DNA of 64,000 bases from Octopus sinensis (Eukaryota): the NCBI RefSeq assembly GCF_006345805.1, contig NC_043006.1:19530001-19594000 (forward strand), read 5' to 3'. Shown one piece after another: positions 53,205 through 64,000 of this stretch. How positions within the stretch are numbered: the first letter of the stretch is position 1; every line of letters starts with the position of its first letter. A program made the position numbers and the translations under genes. The notes beneath the pieces are model-generated. The model was not told the origin of the DNA, ran no database searches, and was given only the letters and a program-made list of their open reading frames with translations.

Positions 53205-53605
53205 TTGACCAGCTTTCATCCTTTAGGGGTCAATAAAATAAGTATTAGTTGAGCACTGGGGTCGATGTAATCGATTTACCCTCACCCCCGAAATTGCTGG
53301 CTTTGTCCCTAAATTTGAAACCCTCATTAACCACGGCCTTAGGGCTGAAACGTATAAAAGAATTACTACTACTACTAAGTTCGGCGAGTTAGCAGAATCG
53401 GTAGCACGCCGGGCAAAATGCTAAGCAGCATTTTACGCGTTTTCACATTCTGAGTTCAAATTCCACCGAGGTTGATTTTACCTTTCATCCTTTCTGGGTC
53501 AATTAAGTACCAGTTACGCACTGGTTCGATGTAATCGACATAAACCTTTTATCTGTCCTTGTTTGTCCCCTCTATGTTTAGCCCCCTGTGGGCAGTAAAG
53601 AATTA
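53205..53605 (+). mobile_element. Two SINE family B copies
   Basis: Central domain and tails. Confidence 0.8.
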
Positions 53606-54070
53606 AATATAGTCGGTTTAATTAAAGGGTGCAACTTTTTTGCTTGTTTCCTGAAGCCTATAAGAAGTTACCTACTTTAAAGCAAAGGAAATGAGAGTAG
53701 AAATTATATAACCACGCCATTTGTTCACTGTAGAAGTTTCAACAAAATTCTGGGACTTTCCAGAGAATTTAGCCTTTATACATTTTATCCCTCCTTCCCC
53801 GAAAACTTCTGCGCTCTTTTCCGGTAAATTGCACCCGTCTCATCAAAAAGTATAATAGTAATAAAAAAAATACCAACTCTGCTTTAAACGAACATTTGAA
53901 CCTGTAGAATGATAGCATCATTTCTTTTTTACAGTTCCAGTAAAATTCATCACAAAGATTTGTTAGCTTCGTGCCACAGATCTGTTCAAGTAAAGCTGAC
54001 AAATGGTTAGCAGCAACGAAAATACTTAAGATGCTCGCGAAATATATCTTGTTACCGAATGAAGCGGTAG

Positions 54071-54872
54071 GGATCTTTTCCTTTTGAACGGCACATGTCA
54101 ACACAATTTCTAGTTAACTAAACACTTTAAAACTTCGTATACTGGTAGAATGTGTCAAAATAAAACATTTTTTTCTCTTGGCTTTCTTGAGAAAATTGTA
54201 ATTTGTTTGTTTAACGTAGTTTAATTTTTCGAATTTTAACCAATGAATCGCCTCTAGTGAACTAAAATCATTTGCTGCGTCTAAAACTGAGACAACATCC
54301 TGTCACTAACCCTCACCCTCACCCTAATTTTTTTTTTTCTTAATGTTAAATTAATTTAATTGTTACGCGTGTAAAAAAAAAACCAAAGCAATGGAAAATA
54401 ATTTAAACAAAATAATTAACAAAATAATTCTATAATTTTATACAAACGCTTTCCATATACGTACGGAAAGCGTGTGTATAAAATTATAGAATTATTTTGT
54501 TAATTGTTTAAATTATTTTCCATTGCTTTCGTTTTAGCCTATCGTTTTTTTTTTTCTTAATTGTTATCCTTAAATTAATTTAACAATTAAGAAAAAAAAA
54601 CGAAAGGCTAAAATTTAGGGTGAGGGTTAGGGTTAGTGACAGGATGTTGTCTCAGTTTTAGACGCAGCAAATGATTTTAGCTCAATTAAAGGCAATTCAT
54701 TGGTTAAAATTCGAAAAATTAAACTACGTTAAACAAACGAATTACAATTTTATCAAGAAAGCCAAGAGAAAAAAATGTTTTATTTTGACACATTCTATCA
54801 GTATACGAAGTTTTAAAGTGTTTAGTTAACTAGAAATTGTGTTGACATGTGCCGTTCACAAGGAAAAGATCC
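54071..54872. mobile_element. ~800-bp foldback GGATC-MITE (Merlin-like)
   Basis: Near-perfect long inverted arms plus a central palindrome; TSD AGCGGTAG. Confidence 0.92.
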
Positions 54873-55051
54873 AGCGGTAGACCTTATACGTCCGGTTTAC
54901 TATCACCACTTGACCTAAAGATGAGGTCCACTCTGATGCAAACGCTGAGTGCAAGTCTAGATGCGAAAATAACATGTTCTGCTCCTTAATATAACAGCTT
55001 CGGAAACTTCGCAAAAAGCTCGTGTGATTATTCATTTTACCCTTAATTGTT

Positions 55052-55652
55052 AGATCTTTGCCTTTTGACCGACAGATTTTAAAATAATTTTTTGTAACTA
55101 AACACTTTCAAACTTTGGACACTGGTAGAATGTGTCATATAAAACATTAGCATTTTTGAGAAAAAAACTTATATTTACGAAGTTATTTCACGTTAAAGTT
55201 CTCGTATTTCGGTAATTCCAACCAATCTATGACGTGTATTCAGCTGAATAAAATTACTGCTGTTGTTTGTCAACAAGAACTTCCGGCGGTGTATATTTCG
55301 TTTGTCACTGTTATTTATGACAACCCTAATCCTAAAACCTTAACCTTAACCCTAACTCTAAAACCCTAACCCTAAATGCCTAACCCTAAAACCAGTACAA
55401 ACGCACGAACGATGTCATAAATAACAGTGACAAACAAAAAATACACCGCCAATAGTTGTTGACAAACAACGGCAGTAATCTTATTCAGTTGAATACACGT
55501 CATTGATTGGTTGAAATTACCGACATACCACAACTTTAACGTGAGAACTTCGTAAATATTTTATATAACACATTCTACCAGTGTCCGAAGTTTGAAAGTG
55601 TTTAGTTACAAAAAATTATTTTTAAAATCTGTCGGTCAAAAAGTAAAGAACC
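55052..55652. mobile_element. Diverged foldback GGATC-family MITE with central (CCCTAA)-like array
   Basis: Inverted arms; TSD TAATTGTT/TAAGTGTT; CCCTAA-like run at 55322-55390. Confidence 0.85.
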
Positions 55653-55919
55653 TAAGTGTTTAATCCAGTTCTTTAAGAAAGACAACAGTAACACACAGGT
55701 GAGACATTCTGAAACAATGACGCGAACATCATGAAACAAGCATCCGGTAGCATCGATTAGAGATATTGTTCAAGTTGAGCTTGAATTTACAGGTATCGGT
55801 AGATCGAACCATGAGTAGTAATGTCACCCAGCTTCACTAATGTTTTGACCATGCATACTTATAGTAAGAGTCATGTGGTTGTTCTTACGTACATACAAAG
55901 ACTATATAGTGCGTAAATG

Positions 55920-57140
55920 AAGGCGGCGAGCTGGCAGAAACGTTAGCACGCCGGACGAAATGCTTACTGGCATTTCGTCTGCCGTTACGTTGTGAGTTCG
56001 AATTCCGCCGAGGTCAACTTTGCCTTTCATCCTTTCGGGGTCGATAAATTAAGTACCAGTTTCGCACTGGGGTTGATGTAATCGACTTAATCCCTTTGTC
56101 TGTCTTTGTTTGTCCCCTCTATGTTTAGCCCCTTGTGGGCAATAAAGAAACATATAGTGCATAAATATTTACTACTTGACTACCTTTAACCCTCCATTAT
56201 TACAAACTCCTCCTCTTTTAATAGACAAATGCAATTTTTTCTTATTACTTAGTAAGTGGATATGTTCATAAAAGGTTTCTACATTCACGCTCAGTCTCCT
56301 CTTCATAAGCTGAGATGTTATTATTTGTAAGACTATTAAGGCAGCGAGCTGGCAGAATGTTTTGCGGCATTTTTTATGGTTTTACTTTCTGAGCTCAACT
56401 TTGCCTTTCGTCCTTTTGGTGCCGATAAAATAAGTACGAGTTGAGCACTAGGGTCAATAATCGACTCATCGCGCTTCTAAAATTGCTGGCCTTGTGCCAT
56501 AATTAGAAAGAGTTATTTGTAAGAGTATGGGTAACAACGGACTGATAGTCCTATGCACACAACAGATCATGTAATTGACTTAACACCTCAATCGAACTTG
56601 GTGGTCTCGTGCCAAATTTTGAAATCAATATTTCTTATGGCTAAGGCGGCGAACTCTCAAATGTTCGAATGCTGAGCAAAATGTTGAGCGGCATTTCGTC
56701 AGTCTTTATGTTCTAAGTTCAAACTCCATCAAGGTCGACTTTGCCTTTCAGTTGAGCACTGGGGTCGACGTAATCGACTTCCCCTCCCCTAAAATTGCTG
56801 GCCTTGTGCCAAAATTTTAAACCAATATTTCTTCAAGATCTTTACATTCTGAGTTCAAATACAGCTAGTGTCAACTTTGCCTTTATCTATTCCGGTTCAA
56901 TAAAATAAAGAACAAATTCAATACTGGAATTGATGACATAGACTAATCCATCCCCTCAAACTTGCAGGCATTGTGCTTGAATGAGTAGCAATTTATACAT
57001 TCCGAGTTCAAATCCAACAGAGGTCAATTTTTCCCTTCATCCTTTCGGGTCGATAAAATTAAGTACTAGTCAAGTGCAACATTAGACGGTATCGCTTAAC
57101 ACCCTCCCCACTCAAAATTACTGGCTTTGTGCCAAAATCA
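55920..57140 (+). mobile_element. Dense cluster of SINE family B copies of different ages
   Basis: One young full copy (55920-56150) followed by several diverged copies. Confidence 0.8.
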
Positions 57141-57247
57141 GTCACAGCTATTATATAACCATTATTTATTAAATGAGCAATGGATTGATTTTATAATAGC
57201 CATAAAGTCCTAACAGAGGGGATAGACAAGGGGTCGGGGGATTTGTC

Positions 57248-57630
57248 TGGAGGCGCAATGGCCCAGTGGTTAGGGCAGCGGACTCGCGGTCATAGGATCG
57301 CGGTTTCGATTCTCAGACCGGGCGTTGTGAGTGTTTATTGAGCGAAAACACCTAAAGCTCCACGAGGCTCCGGCAGGGGATGGTGGTGATCCCTGCTGTA
57401 CTCTTTCACCACAACTTTCTCTCACTCTTACTTCCTGTTTCTGTTGTACCTGTATTTCAAAGGGCCGGCCTTGTCACTCTCTGTGTCACGCTGAATATCC
57501 CCGAGAACTACGTTAAGGGTACACGTGTCTGTGGAGTGCTCAGCCACTTACACGTTAATTTCACGAGCAGGCTGTTCCGTTGATTCGGATCAACCGGAAC
57601 CCTCGTCGTCATAACCGACGGAGTGCTTCC
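57248..57630 (+). mobile_element. SINE family A
   Basis: Full copy. Confidence 0.95.
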
Positions 57631-57908
57631 CAACATTCATTCTCATCATGTATGCCGCTTTCTTCCACCTTTTAAACGAGCAGTGAATTGTCAGAATCTT
57701 TGGCACGTTGGATGAAATTTTTAACGGTATGTTTTCCAGGTCTTTACGTTCTGAGTTCAAATTCTGCCAAGGTCGACTTGGCCTTTTATCCTTTCCGTAT
57801 CGATAAAATAAGTACTAGTCGAGGACTGAGACGATACTATCGACTTCTCTCCTCCCTTAAAATTGCTAGCTTTGTGACAAAGCTTGAAAGAATTACTATT
57901 TCATAAGA

Positions 57909-58290
57909 AGCACTCTGTCGGTTACGACGATGAGGGTTCCGGTTGATCCGAATCAACGGAACAGCCTGCTCGTGAAATTAACGTGTAAGTAGCTGAGCAC
58001 TCCACAGATACGTGCACCCTTAACGTAGTTCTCGGGGATATTCAGCGTGACACAGAGAGTGACAAGGCCGGCCCTTTGAAATACAGGTACAACAGAAACA
58101 GGAAGTAAGAGTGAGAGAAAGTTGTGGTGAAAGAGTACAGCAGGGATCACCACCACCCCCTGCCGGAGCCTCGTGGAGCTTTTAGGTGTTTTTGCTCAAT
58201 AAACACTCACAACGCCCGGTCTGGGAATCGAAACCGCGATCCTATGACCGCGAGTCCGCTGCCCTAACCACTGGGCCATTGCGCCTCCAC
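57909..58290 (-). mobile_element. SINE family A
   Basis: TSD ACTATTTCATAAGA. Confidence 0.95.
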
Positions 58291-58664
58291 ACTATTTCAT
58301 AAGAGGGGCTGTCTTAGTAAAAGGTTATGGTGCTTTACGTTCTAAGTTCAAATTTCGTTAACGTCAACTTTGTCTTTCATCTTTTCGATGTCGATGAAAT
58401 AAATTACCAGTCAAATAGTACTGGCTCTCCGTCGGTTACGACGACGAGGGTTCCAGTTGTTAACCCAACCAATTGTTTGTTACTTTGGTACGTATAGCAC
58501 ATCTCTCTTTTTCTCGAACGTTCTATATTGATCTTTATTCCTGCACCTCTTTCTCCTCGCCAACATCTTTAAAATTCCAACCGTCATTTATTTTCTCTTA
58601 TCTTTTCCTCTTTTCGTTAGTGTGATGTTTGCGTATACTTGTTTCATATTTCCACTGTCTGGAT

Positions 58665-59100
58665 TCGAAATGCTTAGCGGTATTTTGTTCTTCTTCATTT
58701 CTGCCAGCTCGCCGCCTTAATGAAGGCGAGCTGGCAGAAAAGGCGGCGAGCTGGCAGATACGTTAGCACGCCGGGCGAAATGCTTAGCCCGTATTTCGTC
58801 TGCCGTTACGTTGTGAGTTCAAATTCCGCCGAGGTCGACTTTGCCTTTTATCCTTTCGGGGTCGATAAATTAAGTACCAGTTACGCACTGGGGTCGATGT
58901 AATCGACTTAATACCTATGTCTGTCCTTGTTTGTCCGCTCTGTGTTTAGCTCCTTGTGGGTAATAAAGAAATAGGTATTTTGTTCTTTTCACCTTCTGAG
59001 TTCAAATACCACAAATGTCCGACTTGCCTTTTATCCTTTCGGGGTCGATGTAATCGACTTACTTCTTTCTTAGAAATTGCTAGTCTTGTGCCATAATCAA
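58665..59100 (+). mobile_element. Young SINE B nested in an old SINE B, with duplicated/inverted head
   Basis: TSD GGTATTTTGTTCTT; the head appears inverted (58698-58719) and duplicated. Confidence 0.8.
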
Positions 59101-60602
59101 TACTACTGTCTAGATTATGCTAATTTTTAAAAAATATAATTTAATTTTTCTCTATTTTAGTAATTTTTATTTACTTAAATTTGATTTTTAATTTAATCGT
59201 CTCTGGATAAAGGCCTAAATTTATATTTACTTCAGGAAGTCCCTCCTCCACCACCTCCCCTGCCTTTTCAGGGAGTCTCTATCCCACTCCTCGGAAATTT
59301 CCACGAAGTCCTCACTACCTCTCAGAACTTTCCAGGAAGTCATTCCTCCCCTTCCTCGGAACTTTCCAGTAAGTTTCTCCACCTACCACTTCCTCCACTT
59401 CCTCAGAACATTGCGAGAAGTCCATCATCACCTCCTCTCCCTCGGAACATTCCAGGAAGTCCCTCATCCCCTTTCGAAAGTTTCACATAGCTTGTAAATA
59501 CTTTGATTTATTAGTTAATAAGTTCAGCAGTTCTCAGTTTTTTTGTGTTTGTTTTTGACGTCCTGGCGCACACTGGATAACAAATAAATAAAAAAAAATA
59601 CTGATTTACTTTAGATATAGTTTTAAAATATTTAATTAAAGTTAAAATTTACGAAAACTGTAACGTTTTGCTTATCTTCAATTACGATTTATATCTTTGT
59701 TCAACAAAATTATGATTCATGTTTTGGGGTTTTTTGTTTGTTTTTTAATCCGCGGCACATCGATTACGAGCCACTGATAGATTTTGCCTGAGATCTTGTG
59801 TCACCTAAATTCTCCTATTTGTAGTAGACTATTTATTTTACAAGGACCAACAGGTCATATTTTTATTCATTTCTTTCATCTAATTAATTCATATCAACTT
59901 ATTTTGTGTCGCTGTTATCTCTGCTGATTTCTGAATTCAGAATATTCTATTATAATTATGGTTTCCTCAGCTTTCGATTATATATCATTTTGTATATTTT
60001 TGTAAAATTCATTTGTCATTTCATGACTATATCCATGTGTAGGAGAGTATTTTTGTATGATATTGGTTTTCAAAGTGTTTCCTGGTAGTTTCATGATCAT
60101 TCTATCCAGAAATTCAACCGGATCTAATTAGTAAGTTTGCTCTATCGTTTTGCTCTATCGTTTCCTACGCTTCCTGAGCTTTTTCTCTGCTCACTATTAA
60201 AATGTTGTGTTGTTTTTATTTTTCTTACATTTTTAACATCATCTGTCCATTTAGTTTCACATGACATCAATATTCATTTTCTTTTTCTTTTAGTTTCTTT
60301 TTTGTTTCGTTTCATTTTGGGGGTATTTTTTTGGTAGTGTTTTTGTTTGTCTCCTGTGTGAAACTGTCAAATTTCCCCAGTTGATTTAATATTTTTATAT
60401 TCTTAGTTTCAAGAACTTGTTTCTAACTTCCAGAACAGCGCACGATCAATAAGACAGCTGAAGAAGATTGGATTACAATAATCACCAACTGCCTTCTATA
60501 CTAAGGTTTCATCTCTTTTTGTCTATAGTTAGTATCTGCATCAACTGAAGGGGGGAGGCAGCTTTTCCATCGTTCTCTTGCCAGTTTCCAATGTTACCTA
60601 TG

Positions 60603-60875
60603 GTTCATCATCATTGTTCGACCGTGGTCGAGACAATGGAATTTACTATGTTACGCCAGACTTCACGGTCCATCATAGCATTACGGAGGTCCTGTTGCTG
60701 GATGCCTGTATCCCTGGAGATTACATCAGGGTAGGAGAGTGTGCGCCCTCTGGTATTGCGAGTAGATGGCTTCCAGAGGAGAAGAGTAGAAATTACTTCT
60801 TTTTCAGCTCTACAACAATGTCCAGCAAACTGGACTCTCCTACCTTTCACAAGAGATGACACAGGTGGTAGTTTC
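60603..60875 (-). mobile_element. RTE-clade LINE 3' end
   Basis: RRVQFAGHCCR...LLWKP...GR..SYPDVISRDTG....LRNAMMDREVWR, then stop and a (TGA)n tail. Confidence 0.85.
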
Positions 60876-61179
60876 CCAAATGTGCCTAAATGTGCTGTAA
60901 GAGAAAACTCGTAACGAGTGAACAGACAGCAGAAGTCTCCAGAAGTAGAACTCCCTTCAAACAAATATTTCAGTCCCTAAGTTCCTGACGCTCTAAGGGC
61001 GCTGGGTCCACCTAAGTAGTGACTTCTAAACGTCCTTCTGTTTTTATTTAAATGCCCCCTTTAGTGAACTCGGAACATTTGGGTCACCTTATTGCTCGGC
61101 CACAAAGAAGACCACCGCAAGTATTAACCCTGTTTCAAACTGGGCTTCCTTTTGCCTATGTTTAATGGCTTGTTTTATC

Positions 61180-61480
61180 AATCATTCCTTTTTGCCTATA
61201 ATCACATTGAGTTCTCAGCTGACTTTGACATGAGTTTCATTGTCGCTGTTATTTTGCAACCCTTGATTCTGAGCTGATTTCAAAAAAAGAAAAACCCGTG
61301 CGCCAATATACACTGCCTTTACTGTACAACTGTATCCCCTCCCTTATTAGGTCTCTCACAAGGTTATCGTATTTCCTCATTTTGAATTGGTTTTGTTTCT
61401 CTATTCGGTTCTCATAAGGGACTGTGAGTTCAGCCAAGATGTATATATGTGTTGAGAACACAATTCTTTCCATGATAACT
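61180..61480 (-). mobile_element. Decayed HERO-clade RLE domain fragment
   Basis: ILAELTVPYENRIEKQNQFKMRKYDNL...G, IGARG-like segment, SKSAENSM*L*AKR. Confidence 0.7.
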
Positions 61481-62014
61481 GCCACATGTTCTTTTATATC
61501 TGTAGAAGGCTCTGGATACGCCATACATCTTATTGATATCTCATCAGCAGCAGTGATTTTTCATTGCTGAGGAGGTGTCCTCTTTAAGACTGTTAACAGT
61601 TTGCCATTTAGTTGAGAACTGAATTAGTGGTGAAGCTTAGAATCCGCTGCGATTGACGAAATAGTGGACTTAAGACTATATTCAACCACTACCGTGCTTG
61701 AATGATACTTAAATCATGGGAATCAATGTAGCTACGACCAATCAGCGTACCGAGTGAGATATCTGAATTCGTTAGTCGTTTGTTTCTATGTTTCAATATC
61801 TATTCTCGAGTCATATTCTACCGAGTCTCAATTTAGGCAAGAGAGGACTAAACAACCTGGCTTGATGTGCAATGTGTCTAGACGTGGTTTTAATGCGCTG
61901 ATACACTAGGGATATGGATAATGAGAGAAACTCGGTGCCAATTACAAGAGGGTGTGACTACCATTGGCAACTAACAAGACAGAGAATTTCAGTATATAAT
62001 ATTATCAACTCACA

Positions 62015-62832
62015 AAGTGGCGAGCATGCCGGGCGAAATGTTTAGCGGTATTTCGTCTGCCGTTACGTTGTGAGTTCAAATTCCGCCGAGGTCGACTTTG
62101 CCTTTCATCCTTTCGGGGTCGATTAAATAAGTACCAGTTACGCACTGGAGTCGATCTAATCAACTTAATCCGTTTGTCTGTCCTTGTTTGTCCCCTCTGT
62201 TTTTAGCCCCTTGTGGGTAATAAAGAAATAGTATTTCGTCTGTCTACGATCTCAGTTCAAATTCCGCCGAGACTGACTATACCTTTCATATTTTCGGGGT
62301 CGATAAAATATGTACTAGCTGATGAGTGGAGTCGATGTAATCGACTTATGCCCTCTTCCGAACTTTTCTCTTTATTTACCTATAAAAAGCACACACAGGG
62401 CGGGGGACGAACAAGGACAGGAATGACAGCACAAGTGGGGACAAAAACAGACGGATGAATGATATGAAATTATATAATGAAGATGTAAAATGGCTAATAC
62501 TCGACCCCACTTCCGAGCAGTGTCCTTTTAAATCTATTTTCATCCTTTCGGGGTCGATAAATCACGTACCAGTTACGCACTGGGTGCGATGTAATCGACT
62601 TAATCTGTTTGTCTGTCCTTGTTTGTCCTCGCTATGTTTAGCCCCTTGTGGGTAGTAAAGAAATAGGTATTTCGTCTGTCTTTAAGTTCTGAGTTCAAAT
62701 TTCGCCGAGGTCGACTTTGCCTTTCATCCTTTCAGGGTAGATAAATTAATTACCAGTTGCGTACTGGGATCGATCTAATCGACTGGCCCCTACCCATAAA
62801 ATTTCGGGCATTGTGCCTAAAGTAGAAAAGAA
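62015..62832 (+). mobile_element. SINE family B concatemer/cluster
   Basis: Units joined at AAAGAAATA(G)GTATTTCG (~62230, ~62665). Confidence 0.85.
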
Positions 62833-62988
62833 TATCTATTCTCCAGTGTCAAGCGTTTATAAAAGCTGCAGTGAACTCCGCTCACTATTGCTGATAGATG
62901 CTTCGAATCCCTTTCTTTCTACGCTGTACAAAATCGTCATCTCCAATCGCTTCATCACTTTCTTGGATTTGTCTCAACCCTTCTCAAA

Positions 62989-63375
62989 ATGAGTAAACAA
63001 AGCAAGAAGAAGACTCGTCAATATTCGGTGGAGTTTTTAAAGTCTGGGTTTATTCCTGATGAGCATGATAAGCGTAAACCGTTCCGCTTATTATGTCATC
63101 AGAAAATGAATAATGAGTCAATGAAAGCGGGCAGACAGGCTAAAAGCGCACTTGAAGATAAGACATCCCAACAATTCTAATTCATATTCTAATTCAAACC
63201 ACCAAAAGAAAATTTTGAAAACCGAACAAAACTCCCTTCACTATTTGTTGCACAACACGCGCTCAACACTCGTGCCCTCGAAGCCGGCCGCGAAACCTCC
63301 CTGCTTATAGCAAAACATTTTTAAAAATCACACTATTGGAGAGCAACTGATTAAACCAGCTATCTCAATATTCTT
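62989..63375 (+). pseudogene. hAT (Buster/ZBED5-SCAND3-like) transposase N-terminal relic
   Basis: MSKQSKKKTRQYSVEFLKSGFI...LLCHQKMNNESMK..LKAHLKIRH (degenerate BED finger), then SLLIAK..HTIGEQLIKPA, with frameshifts. Confidence 0.85.
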
Positions 63376-64000
63376 TAAAAGGATGAAAGGTAAAGTCGAC
63401 CTCGGCGGAATTTGAACTCAGAACTTAAAGACGAAATACCGCTAAAAAATTTTATATATACTGAAATTCTCTGTCTTGTTAGTTGCCAATGGTAGTTACA
63501 CTCTTTTGTAATTGGCATCGAATTTCTCTCAGTATCCATATCCCTAGTGTGTCAGTGCATTAGAGCCACGTCTAGACACATTGCACATCAAGCCGGGTTG
63601 TTTAGTCTTTTCTTGTCTGAATTGAATCTCGAATTATCAGGCCAAATTCTTACTCGAGAATTTCAAAGATGAGCGCGCTGTCGATGATAGGTGACAGCAG
63701 AATCCAACGAGTCACTGCTTCCATTGCATGTCGATTATTTCGACCACCTGGGAAAAGGTAGGTATCACGAAAACAAGCGGTCGAACGAAACCTTGATCCA
63801 AGATTAAAGCGTATTTATCTCACAAATAAGACATCGATTTAAGATTCAATAAAAAATCCAATTCAAAATTATATTGAACACTTTAAGGCGTTCTACCATA
63901 AAATAAGCAAAATACCGTGTGTGTGTGTGTGTGTGTGTGTGAAATGACAGTCAACTTTGAGTTAATTGAGCTGTTCACGACAGTGGAGACAAGAGAGAAA

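Noticed and set aside
53730-54060. pogo/Tigger relic (FDETGAIYRK on the minus strand)
   Set aside because: Only one short motif; the rest cannot be aligned by eye.
55322-55390. True telomere or chromosome-fusion site
   Set aside because: Short degenerate array located inside a MITE.

Overview
AT-rich eukaryotic nuclear DNA, not prokaryotic. The repeat families strongly suggest a cephalopod, probably Octopus (inference from recognised SINE and microsatellite content). The window is dominated by mobile-element debris: three tRNA-derived SINE families (about 12 young ~380-bp copies with clear TSDs, more than 25 copies of a ~230-bp family, several of a third), nine GGATC-terminated MITE/foldback elements with 8-9-bp TSDs (Merlin-like) and internal CCCTAA repeats, relics of R4/Dong, HERO, RTE and CR1/L2-like LINEs, mariner/rosa and hAT (Buster) transposase relics, Penelope-like palindromic fragments and long (TA/CA/TATG)n microsatellites. 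No conserved multi-exon host gene can be identified. Two repeat-free islands hold divergently oriented, intronless orphan ORFs (190 and 150 aa). Both start with a myristoylation/palmitoylation-type N-terminus and carry phosphatase-docking-like motifs, and RFX X-box-like sites lie next to the 190-aa ORF. The most unusual signals are RNA-structural: a candidate non-circularly permuted hammerhead in a HERO 3' UTR, a G3:C8-swapped hammerhead in a palindrome, several minimal hammerheads, and SINE concatemers joined at a fixed internal junction inside a single TSD.
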